Source of the DNA: a virus
Lineage: Duplodnaviria; Caudoviricetes
Virus record (IMG/VR): IMGVR_UViG_3300042465_008100
Span: 1,761-65,760 of that record
Strand: one strand, 5' to 3'
DNA length: 64,000 nt
Shown here: positions 9,050 through 18,485 of the stretch, piece by piece
Layout of the letters: each line of letters begins with the position of its first letter
Numbering within the stretch: position 1 is the stretch's first letter
The notes under the pieces: generated by a model
Told to the model about the DNA's origin: nothing
Databases searched by the model: none
Seen by the model: only the letters and a program-made list of their open reading frames with translations
Made by a program: the position numbers and the translations under genes

Positions 9050-9778
9050 TTATAAACCATGATATTTTAATACTTCATAAAGGTCTTTAAATTTCTTCAT
9101 TGCTATTCTAATATCTTTAGTTGATAAATTTGTATAGTTCCTCATTGTTTCTAAAACAGAGTTTTTATTATATTTTGAACCACCATCCATTGCTTGGAAT
9201 GATGTCTCCCAATTATCTAAGATATCTATTAAAGCATAACCAACTTTTTTCTCATTTTCGTTCATTCTTTTCTTGATTGGTAAATGCTCATCATCCAATT
9301 CATTTTTAATACCATCACAAAGTTTTCTAATAAATTCATCCATGACAATATTATCACTATCGATAACATAAGTTAAATCTTCTCTTTCTTCTAAATTAGA
9401 TGAGATATCTTCATATGATGAAGTTTGTTTTAAATACTTTTCGTCTTTAATTAACAAACCTAAGATATAGTTTTTACTTATAGTCCCAAAATAAGAATAA
9501 GCTTTTTTACCTCTACCTGATTCAAATTTGTGGACTTTTGTCATTAGAAAAGAAACAGTGTCACTGTGAAGTTCTTCAAAAGTGACACCTTTTCTATATA
9601 ATTTATACTTTCTAATTATTGACTCAATCATTTTATTGAGTGGTGCGTTTAACCATTCATTAAAAATTGAATTCCTTTCATTCTGGTCAGTAGATTCTAA
9701 AAATTTAATTGCAGCTTCTTCTTCATCGGGACCGAAATACATATCATTTTTTCGTTTTCGCCCTCTTTTGTTAGCCAT
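9050..9778 (-). CDS. gp55: Phage RNA polymerase sigma factor, gp55-like late sigma
   Basis: Sigma region-2-like segment KVHKFESGRGKKAYSYFGTISKNY, compare gp55-family 'AYFTQI'. Confidence 0.75.
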   Translation of the reverse strand: MANKRGRKRKNDMYFGPDEEEAAIKFLESTDQNERNSIFNEWLNAPLNKMIESIIRKYKLYRKGVTFEELHSDTVSFLMTKVHKFESGRGKKAYSYFGTISKNYILGLLIKDEKYLKQTSSYEDISSNLEEREDLTYVIDSDNIVMDEFIRKLCDGIKNELDDEHLPIKKRMNENEKKVGYALIDILDNWETSFQAMDGGSKYNKNSVLETMRNYTNLSTKDIRIAMKKFKDLYEVLKYHGL

Positions 9779-9781
9779 TTA

Positions 9782-10582
9782 TTAAACTTGTGCTTCATAC
9801 GTTATATTTCTATCTTTAGGAAAATAGTATTCTTTTTTTGCTGTTGATAACCACCATTTAGCTTCAACTGGGTCCAATGTTTCTTTGTATTTTGCAAACA
9901 ATGAATCTGGTCGTTGATTAACGTGTTTGTAACCAAATCTTGGGATTGTCATAACTCTAGCATCTTTGAATGTCATTCTCAATAAGAATTCATAAATGAA
10001 TGTTAATTTAATGCTAGGTTTAAAACCACCAAATTCTTCATACATTGATTTTTTCATTACGATACCATCAATGTTAAAGTTTTGATATGCTAATAGAGCG
10101 TTGTTATCCAAAATACCTAATTCATCAGAAAAACTATTAGCCCAAACAGCTTCATTTGTTAAACCAACAAACAAACCTTCTGCACTAACATCTACAATGA
10201 TTGGCATAAATATATCGACATTTTGATGCGCTTTTTTATATTCTACAACATTTTTAAACCAAATGTTAGCATATTCATCATCATATTCTAAAATACTAAA
10301 CCATTCTGTTTTACAATTTTCAACACCAAAATTCATTTGTGAACAAAAATCTGTTTGACCATCATTTTCAGCAATGGTTATTTTCATGTCTGTTTTTTCA
10401 AATGTTAATGATTTAACATATTCACTAGCTTCGCTACCCTTAGGTACAACAATAATTAATTCATCTGGTAATACTTGTTGTGTTAAGACGCTTTGAACAG
10501 CATTTGTAAACATAGTTTTTGTGCCGTCATTTAATTCGTGTACTGGTAAAATTACGCTGATATCTGTTGTTTCTTTTTTCAT
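9782..10582 (-). CDS. Glycosyltransferase family 2 (GT-A)
   Basis: DISVILPVH N-terminus, SVLTQ..PDELIIV, and LEYDDEY DxD-type motif. Confidence 0.85.
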   Translation of the reverse strand: MKKETTDISVILPVHELNDGTKTMFTNAVQSVLTQQVLPDELIIVVPKGSEASEYVKSLTFEKTDMKITIAENDGQTDFCSQMNFGVENCKTEWFSILEYDDEYANIWFKNVVEYKKAHQNVDIFMPIIVDVSAEGLFVGLTNEAVWANSFSDELGILDNNALLAYQNFNIDGIVMKKSMYEEFGGFKPSIKLTFIYEFLLRMTFKDARVMTIPRFGYKHVNQRPDSLFAKYKETLDPVEAKWWLSTAKKEYYFPKDRNITYEAQV

Positions 10583-10583
10583 A

Positions 10584-11744
10584 TTAATTTTTTTGATGTA
10601 TGTTAGTTAATTCGCTATAAGAGGTTTCTAAACTTTCTTTAGTTATTTTAAATTCATTAACTCTATTTTCAGTTAAAGAATCAAAAACTGTTTTAATTGA
10701 TTCCACTTGTTTTTCACTAGTATATCGACCTTTAGTGTCATTCATACCTTCATATAAATCTGAAGGGACTGAATCTTCCAACCAAATTTTCAAATACGTA
10801 GCAATAAGTTCTGGTATGTTAATAGTTGTGTTAGTCCAAACACCATTGTTTTTAATGATTGAATTTCCATCACTATCTTTACCTTCAAGCCATTCTGGGA
10901 TTAAATTAGGTATTTTACCAATTACAGGTGTGTTACACTCCATAGCTTCCAATGGGAAAGTACCAAAACCAGCTGTATCATCTAACCAAACAGCTAAACA
11001 AGAGTTTGATAAATCTTCAGCGAATTTTTTTCTAGGGATACCTCTAAGTTCTTTAAATGTTATCCATTTATAAAGAGGATATTGTAGATAGAATGATTTA
11101 GCAATCTTAGCCGCATCTCCAGGTGTTCTAGTCACAATAGAAACAATAGGCATTTTAGGTTTTTCATTAGGTTTAAAATATTCTGGAATAGACACTGGGA
11201 TAATATGTGTGTTAATTGACGGGAATAATGTTTTCAAATATTCAGCTTGTCTATTACTTGTAGTAATGACATCATTAAACCCATAATCAAGGTTCCATTT
11301 TTTACCAATTGGTAATAAATCTAATAAATAATCATAACATTGTGATATCACAATTTTTTTACATGGGAAACCTTTAATTTGGTCCATTATACTAGAAAAA
11401 ATTTCTGGGATAATGATAAAATCAGAAGGTCCAATATTTAATTGTTGTGATTCAATTGAAACGTGTGGCAATGCAGCATATTCTTCACCTAGCCATTCAC
11501 TAATACCTTGCCCTTCAGCATTCCCTTTAAGTTTATAATCATTTTTCTCATGTAAAATACATGCTTTATAACCAAGTTGGTTTAAAACTTTAACATGTTC
11601 ATAAATGTTTGCAACCCCAGCTGTTGGGTTCCCTTTAGTATCCAAAGTGAAAAAATAAATAGAAAAGTTTTTACTTTCCAAATTATTAATCGCATTTGTT
11701 ACTTGTTCGATTTGACTTTCGATTTGTTTTGTTTGTTCACTCAT
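10584..11744 (-). CDS. Glycosyltransferase, GT-B/GT4-like
   Basis: GVANIYEHVKVL, IIIPEI and GFGTFPLEAMECNTPVIG (variant of EgFG..lEAMa.G.PVI). Confidence 0.8.
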   Translation of the reverse strand: MSEQTKQIESQIEQVTNAINNLESKNFSIYFFTLDTKGNPTAGVANIYEHVKVLNQLGYKACILHEKNDYKLKGNAEGQGISEWLGEEYAALPHVSIESQQLNIGPSDFIIIPEIFSSIMDQIKGFPCKKIVISQCYDYLLDLLPIGKKWNLDYGFNDVITTSNRQAEYLKTLFPSINTHIIPVSIPEYFKPNEKPKMPIVSIVTRTPGDAAKIAKSFYLQYPLYKWITFKELRGIPRKKFAEDLSNSCLAVWLDDTAGFGTFPLEAMECNTPVIGKIPNLIPEWLEGKDSDGNSIIKNNGVWTNTTINIPELIATYLKIWLEDSVPSDLYEGMNDTKGRYTSEKQVESIKTVFDSLTENRVNEFKITKESLETSYSELTNIHQKN

Positions 11745-11771
11745 TTTTTTTAATTGTTATTAAATTTATAA

Positions 11772-12128
11772 TTATTCCACTTCTTTTAAAACACCATAAT
11801 TGTATAATGTGTTAAAAGCTATCTTATACGCCAATGAAGCTTTCTCAAGAGCTCTATTAGCCCCTAAACTATCATCACTAACATCTTCCATGTCAGCTAA
11901 GACAATATCTAGCATGGTTCTAATAGTTTCATATTTTGTGCTATCAATCGTGTAATCTCTATCACTAAATGTTTCAACAATTTCTGTGCTTACAACATTG
12001 TTATTTTCATCCAAAATTGTTTTTTTTGCTGTTTCTACGTTTTTCTCATCATAATCTTTTGAAATCATTATCGCTTCGCTTAATGCTTCAATATCTATAA
12101 TGTAGTAAGTACCTCCAAAGTCTATCAT
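11772..12128 (-). CDS. Acidic hypothetical protein
   Basis: 118-aa ORF tightly packed in the operon. Confidence 0.7.
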   Translation of the reverse strand: MIDFGGTYYIIDIEALSEAIMISKDYDEKNVETAKKTILDENNNVVSTEIVETFSDRDYTIDSTKYETIRTMLDIVLADMEDVSDDSLGANRALEKASLAYKIAFNTLYNYGVLKEVE

Positions 12129-12130
12129 AA

Positions 12131-12733
12131 TTAAATTTCTTCGTATGTTGTTATAATTGTGTTTAAAATTTTATCTCTTAATTTATCATTATTTATGAAA
12201 TCTAGGATAGAATCAATTTCAAAGTCAGCACTAGCATTTTTATTATATGGTGCTTTAACTTTAACACTTATTTTACCGTGTGGTTTATTCTCTAACGCAA
12301 TTGGGTTTGCTGTGATTAAAACATCTGAATCTCCCCATTCTTCTTCACTGGTCATGACAAATCTAATTTTGTCTATTTTACAACCAGTTTTTGATAAAAA
12401 GAAAAATGTTGATGGGATGCTTTTATCTACTTCTTTACTAACCAATTCAATAACGTGTTCTTCTTCATCTTTAATATCGGAAAGAAATGTATTGAAATGG
12501 TTCATTAAATTTTCATGTAATTGGTCCGCATGGCCAAAAATTTCCAGAGGTGCTTCTAGGTAAACAAATGAATTAAATTTATTAATATCATCAAACTTAA
12601 AATGTTCGATTAAATTAAAATTTGTGATTTCATCTGTTTTAATATCGATTTCATTGATATACTTATCATAAGTATAAGCTAATTGTGTTAGGAAATCGCG
12701 TAATACTTCGTTAATACTAATACTTATCTTCAT
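12131..12733 (-). CDS. 5'(3')-deoxyribonucleotidase-like HAD-fold protein with degenerate catalytic motif
   Basis: MKISISINEVLRDF aligns to IxIDxDGVLxDF; C-terminal VKAPYN is typical of the NT5C-like family. Confidence 0.6.
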   Translation of the reverse strand: MKISISINEVLRDFLTQLAYTYDKYINEIDIKTDEITNFNLIEHFKFDDINKFNSFVYLEAPLEIFGHADQLHENLMNHFNTFLSDIKDEEEHVIELVSKEVDKSIPSTFFFLSKTGCKIDKIRFVMTSEEEWGDSDVLITANPIALENKPHGKISVKVKAPYNKNASADFEIDSILDFINNDKLRDKILNTIITTYEEI

Positions 12734-12737
12734 AACA

Positions 12738-12768
12738 CAAACTTAATGCTTGTATTGTCATAAGTAAA
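12738..12768 (-). promoter_or_regulatory. Bacteroidota-type promoter, possibly giving a leaderless mRNA
   Basis: Minus strand TTTA-N19-TAAGTTTG, ending 4 nt before the ATG at 12733. Confidence 0.45.
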
Positions 12769-12777
12769 GTAAAAAAA

Positions 12778-13632
12778 TTAAAAATTTTTCAAAAACTTAA
12801 AAAACCTTTGTTTAATAGTTAATTTTCTTTTTTTATGTATTTGCTTTGGTGTATTATGTTCTTTAACCTTATTAGCTTCATTGACTCTATCAAATACATC
12901 TTCAATAACTTTAATCAGTGGATGTCTAATAATATCTTCTTTATGAAACTCTACCAAACCAATATGTTCAATATCTTTGAAGTGTGTCAATAAAAAAGCC
13001 AATGCGCTATCGCTTTTATTTTTTGAATCTATTTGTTTAATATCACCTAAGAAAACCATTTTACTGTTTTCACCTAATCTTGTGAGAATCGTTCTTATGT
13101 TATCTATTGAGATATTTTGAACCTCATCGATGATTATGATTGAGTTATCAATATTAACACCTCTAAGGTAAGCTATCGGTTGTATTTCGATAAGGTTTTC
13201 TTGTTTTAATCTATCAAACAAATAATCACCAACTATTTTTTTAAAGTTACCAGTAAATGAATACATAAAAGGCTCCATTTTTTCTTCCATGGTACCTTTC
13301 AAAAACCCAATTTCTTCAGTCTTCAATGTTGTAACTGATTTAACCAAAACAATTTTTTTGATTAGTTCGTTGTTTTTAAGTTCACTTATTGCTTGCAGAC
13401 AAGACAAATATGTTTTACCAGTACCAGCTGGGCCAGTACAAACTGTGACATCATTGTTTTTAATCGATTGCGTTAATTTTTTTTGGGTTTCGTTTTTGTG
13501 TTTGACTTCAATTTTTATTTCATTTAGCAGTCTTGTGTTGGCTCTTTGCGATATCATATCTGTTTTATCTTCTTTACTTGCTTTATTTGTTTTTGTTGTG
13601 GCTGTTTTGGTTACTTGAGCTTTTCTTGGCAT
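12778..13632 (-). CDS. phoH: PhoH-family ATPase
   Basis: GPAGTGKT Walker A, IGFLKG, AYLRG, IIIDEVQN, LTRLGENSK, GDIKQID, DIIRHPLI. Confidence 0.95.
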   Translation of the reverse strand: MPRKAQVTKTATTKTNKASKEDKTDMISQRANTRLLNEIKIEVKHKNETQKKLTQSIKNNDVTVCTGPAGTGKTYLSCLQAISELKNNELIKKIVLVKSVTTLKTEEIGFLKGTMEEKMEPFMYSFTGNFKKIVGDYLFDRLKQENLIEIQPIAYLRGVNIDNSIIIIDEVQNISIDNIRTILTRLGENSKMVFLGDIKQIDSKNKSDSALAFLLTHFKDIEHIGLVEFHKEDIIRHPLIKVIEDVFDRVNEANKVKEHNTPKQIHKKRKLTIKQRFFKFLKNF

Positions 13633-13673
13633 AAATCTTTTTTATTAATAAATATTTTGTCTTTAGGCAAAAT

Positions 13674-14615
13674 TTATTTTTTAGCTTTTTGTTCGTACTT
13701 TTTATCTAGTTCTTCCATTTTATGTTTTTCTAAAATGTTCTTACCGTTCAGTTTAACATCAGCAAAAAATTTAACGACATAATTACCATTAAATTCTATA
13801 ATCTTGTCAAATACTATGTTTTCATAATTGAATTCTAAAAAGTCTTCAATACCGATACATTTATATGTGACAAATTCAATACCATTCATATCAAAAATGG
13901 TTGTTGGTTTATTTTCTTCAAGTATCTTACTTAAATGGTTAATGAATAATTTACTGTTTTTATTATCATTATGATATTTGCTAAAATAAAACTCTAATAA
14001 CTTTTTCTTTTTAGTTATTTTTTTAACATTCATTTTTTTAGCAAAATTTTCAATATAAAATTTTGGTGGTGCATCTCTTAAAATTTTTATAGGCCTTTCA
14101 GTTTTGTTTGAAGCTAAGAACTCATCACCAGAAATTTCAGCAATACTTACACTAGTTAAATTACCTTTATCATCATAATTTTCAATAGTTTCGTCTAATA
14201 TATTTAGATAATCATTATCTATAGCTTCATTTGCACTTAAAGATATCTCATCATTTATAATAACCATTTCTAGTGGGTATTCATCATGTTCATCTGTTTT
14301 AACTTTTTTAAGCGCAGTTTTTAAGTTTCTTTTTCTAGAACTAACTATTGGGTAACCATCATTATCATAACCAACTACTGTTGCAGTAACTTTTTGTGTC
14401 TGTTGTAAGATTTTATATGTTCTCCATTTTAAATTTAAAACTTCTTCAGTTACTTCACCATGTACTAATGAATCAGCTAACTGTCCTTGTGTGTGTCTTT
14501 GGTGTTGACCAACTTCGACATCTAACGTATTATCAGATTGTGATAATGCATTTTTTTCAACATTACCAATTGACAACATTAAATTTGTTATTTGTTTTTT
14601 AAACCAATTTTTCAT
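13674..14615 (-). CDS. Hypothetical protein
   Basis: 313-aa ORF overlapping the gmd stop; no motif recognised. Confidence 0.7.
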   Translation of the reverse strand: MKNWFKKQITNLMLSIGNVEKNALSQSDNTLDVEVGQHQRHTQGQLADSLVHGEVTEEVLNLKWRTYKILQQTQKVTATVVGYDNDGYPIVSSRKRNLKTALKKVKTDEHDEYPLEMVIINDEISLSANEAIDNDYLNILDETIENYDDKGNLTSVSIAEISGDEFLASNKTERPIKILRDAPPKFYIENFAKKMNVKKITKKKKLLEFYFSKYHNDNKNSKLFINHLSKILEENKPTTIFDMNGIEFVTYKCIGIEDFLEFNYENIVFDKIIEFNGNYVVKFFADVKLNGKNILEKHKMEELDKKYEQKAKK

Positions 14616-15612
14616 TTTCTAATATTTTATTTTCACGCATTAAATTATTTAACCAATAATTAATCATTTCATCAATCATGGTTTCAAATGTATATTCTGG
14701 GGACCACCCTAATATTTTTCTAGCTTTCGATGAATCACCTTTTAAATAATGTAATTCTTCAGGTCTTTCAAATTTGCCATCCGTTTTAACATAATTATTA
14801 GGGTCTAATTCTAACTTATTAAATACATAATTTACTAATTCAGAAACACTTTTAGAAATACCAGTCGCTAAAACATAATCATCTGGAGTTTCTTGTTGTA
14901 ACATAAGCCACATTCCTTTTACATAATCTTTAGCGTGACCCCAATCTCTAAAAGCACTTAAGTTACCTAGGGTTAATTCATTGGATAAACCTAATTTTAT
15001 TTTAACCGCTTCTAAAACAACTTTATTTGTAACAAAATTAATACCCCTTCTTGGGCTTTCATGATTAAATAAAATACCAGAACAAATGAACATGTCATAT
15101 GCGTTTCTATAGTTACTGCAAAGACTATGCGCATAAAGTTTGCTACAACCATATGGGCTTACTGGTTTTAATGGTGTTGTTTCTCTTTGGTGCATATCAT
15201 CATCAAATGAATTACCAAACATTTCTGATGTTGCAGCATGATAAACTTTAGATTTGGGTGAAAATTTTCTAACACCTTCTAATATAGCTAAAGTACCACC
15301 AGCATTAACATCAAGCGTATATTTTGGTAAATCAAAACTTATTTGGACATGACTTTGAGCCGCTAGATGATATATTTCATCTGGTTTTATTTCATTAATA
15401 ACTGATTCCACACTAATAGGGTCAGTTAAATCCATATAATGTAATGTGATTAAATTTTTTGAACGCAAGTGTTCAATTCTTGATGTTTGTGACTCAGGAA
15501 CTGAATTCCTTCTTATTGTTCCATGAACTTCATAATTTTTTTCGATTAGCAGTTCACATAAGTAAGAAGCGTCTTGCCCATTTGCCCCAATGATTAATGC
15601 TTTTTTTGTCAT
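14599..15612 (-). CDS. gmd: GDP-mannose 4,6-dehydratase
   Basis: GANGQDASYL, LAAQSHV, ATSEMFG, SPYGCSKLY, GILFNHESPRRG.NFVT.K, RDWGHAKDYV. Confidence 0.96.
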   Translation of the reverse strand: MTKKALIIGANGQDASYLCELLIEKNYEVHGTIRRNSVPESQTSRIEHLRSKNLITLHYMDLTDPISVESVINEIKPDEIYHLAAQSHVQISFDLPKYTLDVNAGGTLAILEGVRKFSPKSKVYHAATSEMFGNSFDDDMHQRETTPLKPVSPYGCSKLYAHSLCSNYRNAYDMFICSGILFNHESPRRGINFVTNKVVLEAVKIKLGLSNELTLGNLSAFRDWGHAKDYVKGMWLMLQQETPDDYVLATGISKSVSELVNYVFNKLELDPNNYVKTDGKFERPEELHYLKGDSSKARKILGWSPEYTFETMIDEMINYWLNNLMRENKILENEKLV

Positions 15613-15654
15613 GTTTTTAATTAAAGATATATTATTTATAATATAAAGTGAAGA

Positions 15655-16092
15655 TTATTTGTATTTTTCTATAAAGTCACTGCAAATACCTATAGCTAAT
15701 GATAAATCATCATTAAATATTTCTGGCATAACAGCTATTGATTTTTGTATTGGTTGTTTACCTGGAAAAGCCCAGATATTATTTAAACTAGTTAACGTTA
15801 TTGTATCATTTTCATGCCAAAAATAATTAAATTTATAATCACATGTTTGAAAATAATTAACAGCTTCAATATTTTTACAGTGAACCCAAAGTTTGTTTAT
15901 TCTATCAACAAACCATTTAAAATCAACACCGTATTGTGGTTCGTCATGACCTAAAAATAATAAACCATCTTTGTACCAAACATCTATTTCAACATCATAT
16001 CCTTTAGATATTGCTAAATCAATATACATTGGCTCATTTTCATAAGATTCAAATCGACCATTTATATTTCCTCTATGTGCTATTAATATCAT
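15655..16092 (-). CDS. Minimal glycerophosphodiester phosphodiesterase/PLC-like protein
   Basis: IAHRGN, EN, GYDVEIDVW, LGHD, WVHCKN, GICSD. Confidence 0.75.
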   Translation of the reverse strand: MILIAHRGNINGRFESYENEPMYIDLAISKGYDVEIDVWYKDGLLFLGHDEPQYGVDFKWFVDRINKLWVHCKNIEAVNYFQTCDYKFNYFWHENDTITLTSLNNIWAFPGKQPIQKSIAVMPEIFNDDLSLAIGICSDFIEKYK

Positions 16093-16733
16093 ATTAAATT
16101 TTTATCTGAAAAAGATTCTATGATAAGTGGCATTGATGTTTGGCTTAGGTGCATATGTGAACCTTCCCAGTTATCTAAATATTCTGGCTTTGTTAATTTA
16201 TTTTCGTCTATCATTTTATAAAAAATTGTAACAAAATGTATATCGTTTTTATTACATAATTCTTCTAAATAACGATTAAATTCTTCAGTTACTAAATTTC
16301 TTTCTAGACAGGTACCAAATGATGGTCCACCAGTATATTTTTTAGATTCATGCCATGAAGCTATTGGTCCCCACGCAATTACATTTACACCTTTGTTTTT
16401 ATATTCTAATAATACGGAAAAATATCTATCAACACATTCTTTAACTATTTCCTCTTTTGGTCTATTTTGAACTTCCATTTGTTTAATCAAATGGGCTCTA
16501 ATATCTACTTCACCAAAACAAAATAAAACTAAATCATTTAAAACATCAACATTAAAATTTATTATTTCATCAATAATATATTTTTTATTTTCTAATTGAT
16601 AAGCGGTTGCTGGGCCAATTCTATAGCTTTTAAAAAATGGTGTTTTATCGTCAGACCTTTGGGGCCAAATTGGTTGCATTTCTTCTTTGCCGCTAAAAAC
16701 AGCTGAGTGGCTATCACCTATACAATGTATCAT
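16089..16733 (-). CDS. SGNH/GDSL-family hydrolase or acyltransferase
   Basis: IGDSH block I, FGEVDIR, and C-terminal HMHL. Confidence 0.7.
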   Translation of the reverse strand: MIHCIGDSHSAVFSGKEEMQPIWPQRSDDKTPFFKSYRIGPATAYQLENKKYIIDEIINFNVDVLNDLVLFCFGEVDIRAHLIKQMEVQNRPKEEIVKECVDRYFSVLLEYKNKGVNVIAWGPIASWHESKKYTGGPSFGTCLERNLVTEEFNRYLEELCNKNDIHFVTIFYKMIDENKLTKPEYLDNWEGSHMHLSQTSMPLIIESFSDKNLI

Positions 16734-17697
16734 ATTTTAATATATCACTACTTAAATTGTTATAAAATTGAAATTCATCTTGTTCACCATTTTCACCACC
16801 AATACCCCATTGATTTTGATTAGCATAAACAGTATTAAACATAGGGTGAATACCAAAACCGTTTTTAACAAATAAAAATTTTTTATTGTTATCCCTTTTA
16901 TATTTATTTAGAGCTATTTCATCGTATACATCTACGGTTGGTTGTGATAAAACATTAATCCACTCAGACGTTTTAATAAAAAATAAACTGTTGGTAAAAT
17001 ACGGTGAATTTATTTCAAACAGTTCAAATTTATTGTGAGAAATAAATTTATCAATATTTTTTAAAATATAATTATTAATTTCCATCTGAGCTTCATATGA
17101 AATCCTAAGTGGGTGTATTCCTTTTGTATTTGTATTTAAACAATTTAACCCTTCATAAAATTTAATAGCATCCCATTTTGTTGAATTAATTGTAAATTTA
17201 TTTAACGGTGTGTAATCAACACCCCATAAACCATTTGGCATTTGTCTATTTAAAAAATGATTATATACTTTATTTTTAACTAACTCATCATTTATAAAAT
17301 CTTCAATAAAATAATCACATGATGGTATATTATTTGACATTACTGGTGATAATGTAAGCACATCATTTTTTTGTAATACATCAACATTTTCAATTAAAAA
17401 ATCCCAAACGTGGTTATTAATAAAACAATCTTCATCTAATTTAACTGAGTACTCGGTACTGCTTGAAATCGCTATTCTAATTTTATCCAAATAATTATGG
17501 TATGTGTTTATAACACGTATTGTATAATCAATACCTAATGTTTTACATTTATTTTCCCAATCATTTTCATGTGTCGCTAAAATGTTAAAGTTTACTTTAA
17601 TTTTATTTTCTGGTTTTATTTTAGATAAAAAATAAAATGTTAAATTTGAATAGTCTAATCTGTTATGTGATAAATAATTTATTGTAATTGTTTTCAT
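16714..17697 (-). CDS. Putative glycosyltransferase (GT-A)
   Basis: YSVKLDEDCFI DxD motif; lies within the glycan cluster. Confidence 0.6.
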   Translation of the reverse strand: MKTITINYLSHNRLDYSNLTFYFLSKIKPENKIKVNFNILATHENDWENKCKTLGIDYTIRVINTYHNYLDKIRIAISSSTEYSVKLDEDCFINNHVWDFLIENVDVLQKNDVLTLSPVMSNNIPSCDYFIEDFINDELVKNKVYNHFLNRQMPNGLWGVDYTPLNKFTINSTKWDAIKFYEGLNCLNTNTKGIHPLRISYEAQMEINNYILKNIDKFISHNKFELFEINSPYFTNSLFFIKTSEWINVLSQPTVDVYDEIALNKYKRDNNKKFLFVKNGFGIHPMFNTVYANQNQWGIGGENGEQDEFQFYNNLSSDILKYDTLYR

Positions 17698-18485
17698 TTC
17701 ATATAATTTTCTCTAATGAATTGTTTTAATTCACAATCTTTATGGTAATTAACTCTTTTAACAGAAAAATAACCTTGATTGTGTTTTTCAACAATTTGAT
17801 TTATTGTTATTACCCAATTATAATTAGGTTTATTTGATGGGTCGTAAGTCCCAAAATAAGGAGGGAATTCCCATGGCTGTTTACTTAATAAAATCATATA
17901 AGGTAAAAAAATATTCATCATATCATCATTTGGGTAATATTCTAAACATTTATCCAAATGTTGTTTAGCCAATAGCATAACTTCTTTTGTTACAGTCATA
18001 CATTCCCAATTAGCACTCATTGGTAATTTTATGTTGTATTCTAAATATAAATCTTTAGCGTCCCAACGACCATATGGTTGTTGTAAAGGAAACCCAACTA
18101 TTGTTTTGTCTGAATCTTTTCCATTATATGTCGAAACCCAATCTTCAGTATTTAAAAATTGTGCATAATTAACACCTTTTTTAAAATTAATATTGTTAAT
18201 AAAATATTGATTGGCAGACACTAAACAAAAATGGTCAAAAGAATCGATTTCTTCATGACTAATATTTCTAATTAAATCAACTAACGCACCAAAAATAAAA
18301 TTAGAATGATTTAATTGACCTGGCATATGTCTCATTTTAATTTTAGAGTGGTTTAATGTAGGATGGTTAACCATAAAATCGCAATTATCGTGAAAATAAG
18401 ATATGTTAGATATCATATCATCAATGTCTTCAATAGTTTGAGCTGTTGAATGCGCAAAAATTATAAACGATGTTTTAGGTTTCAT
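17694..18485 (-). CDS. Hypothetical protein, possible glycosyltransferase
   Basis: FIIFAH, DFMVNH, FCLVSANQYF and FSVKRV pattern; ATGA-coupled within the glycan cluster. Confidence 0.45.
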   Translation of the reverse strand: MKPKTSFIIFAHSTAQTIEDIDDMISNISYFHDNCDFMVNHPTLNHSKIKMRHMPGQLNHSNFIFGALVDLIRNISHEEIDSFDHFCLVSANQYFINNINFKKGVNYAQFLNTEDWVSTYNGKDSDKTIVGFPLQQPYGRWDAKDLYLEYNIKLPMSANWECMTVTKEVMLLAKQHLDKCLEYYPNDDMMNIFLPYMILLSKQPWEFPPYFGTYDPSNKPNYNWVITINQIVEKHNQGYFSVKRVNYHKDCELKQFIRENYMK

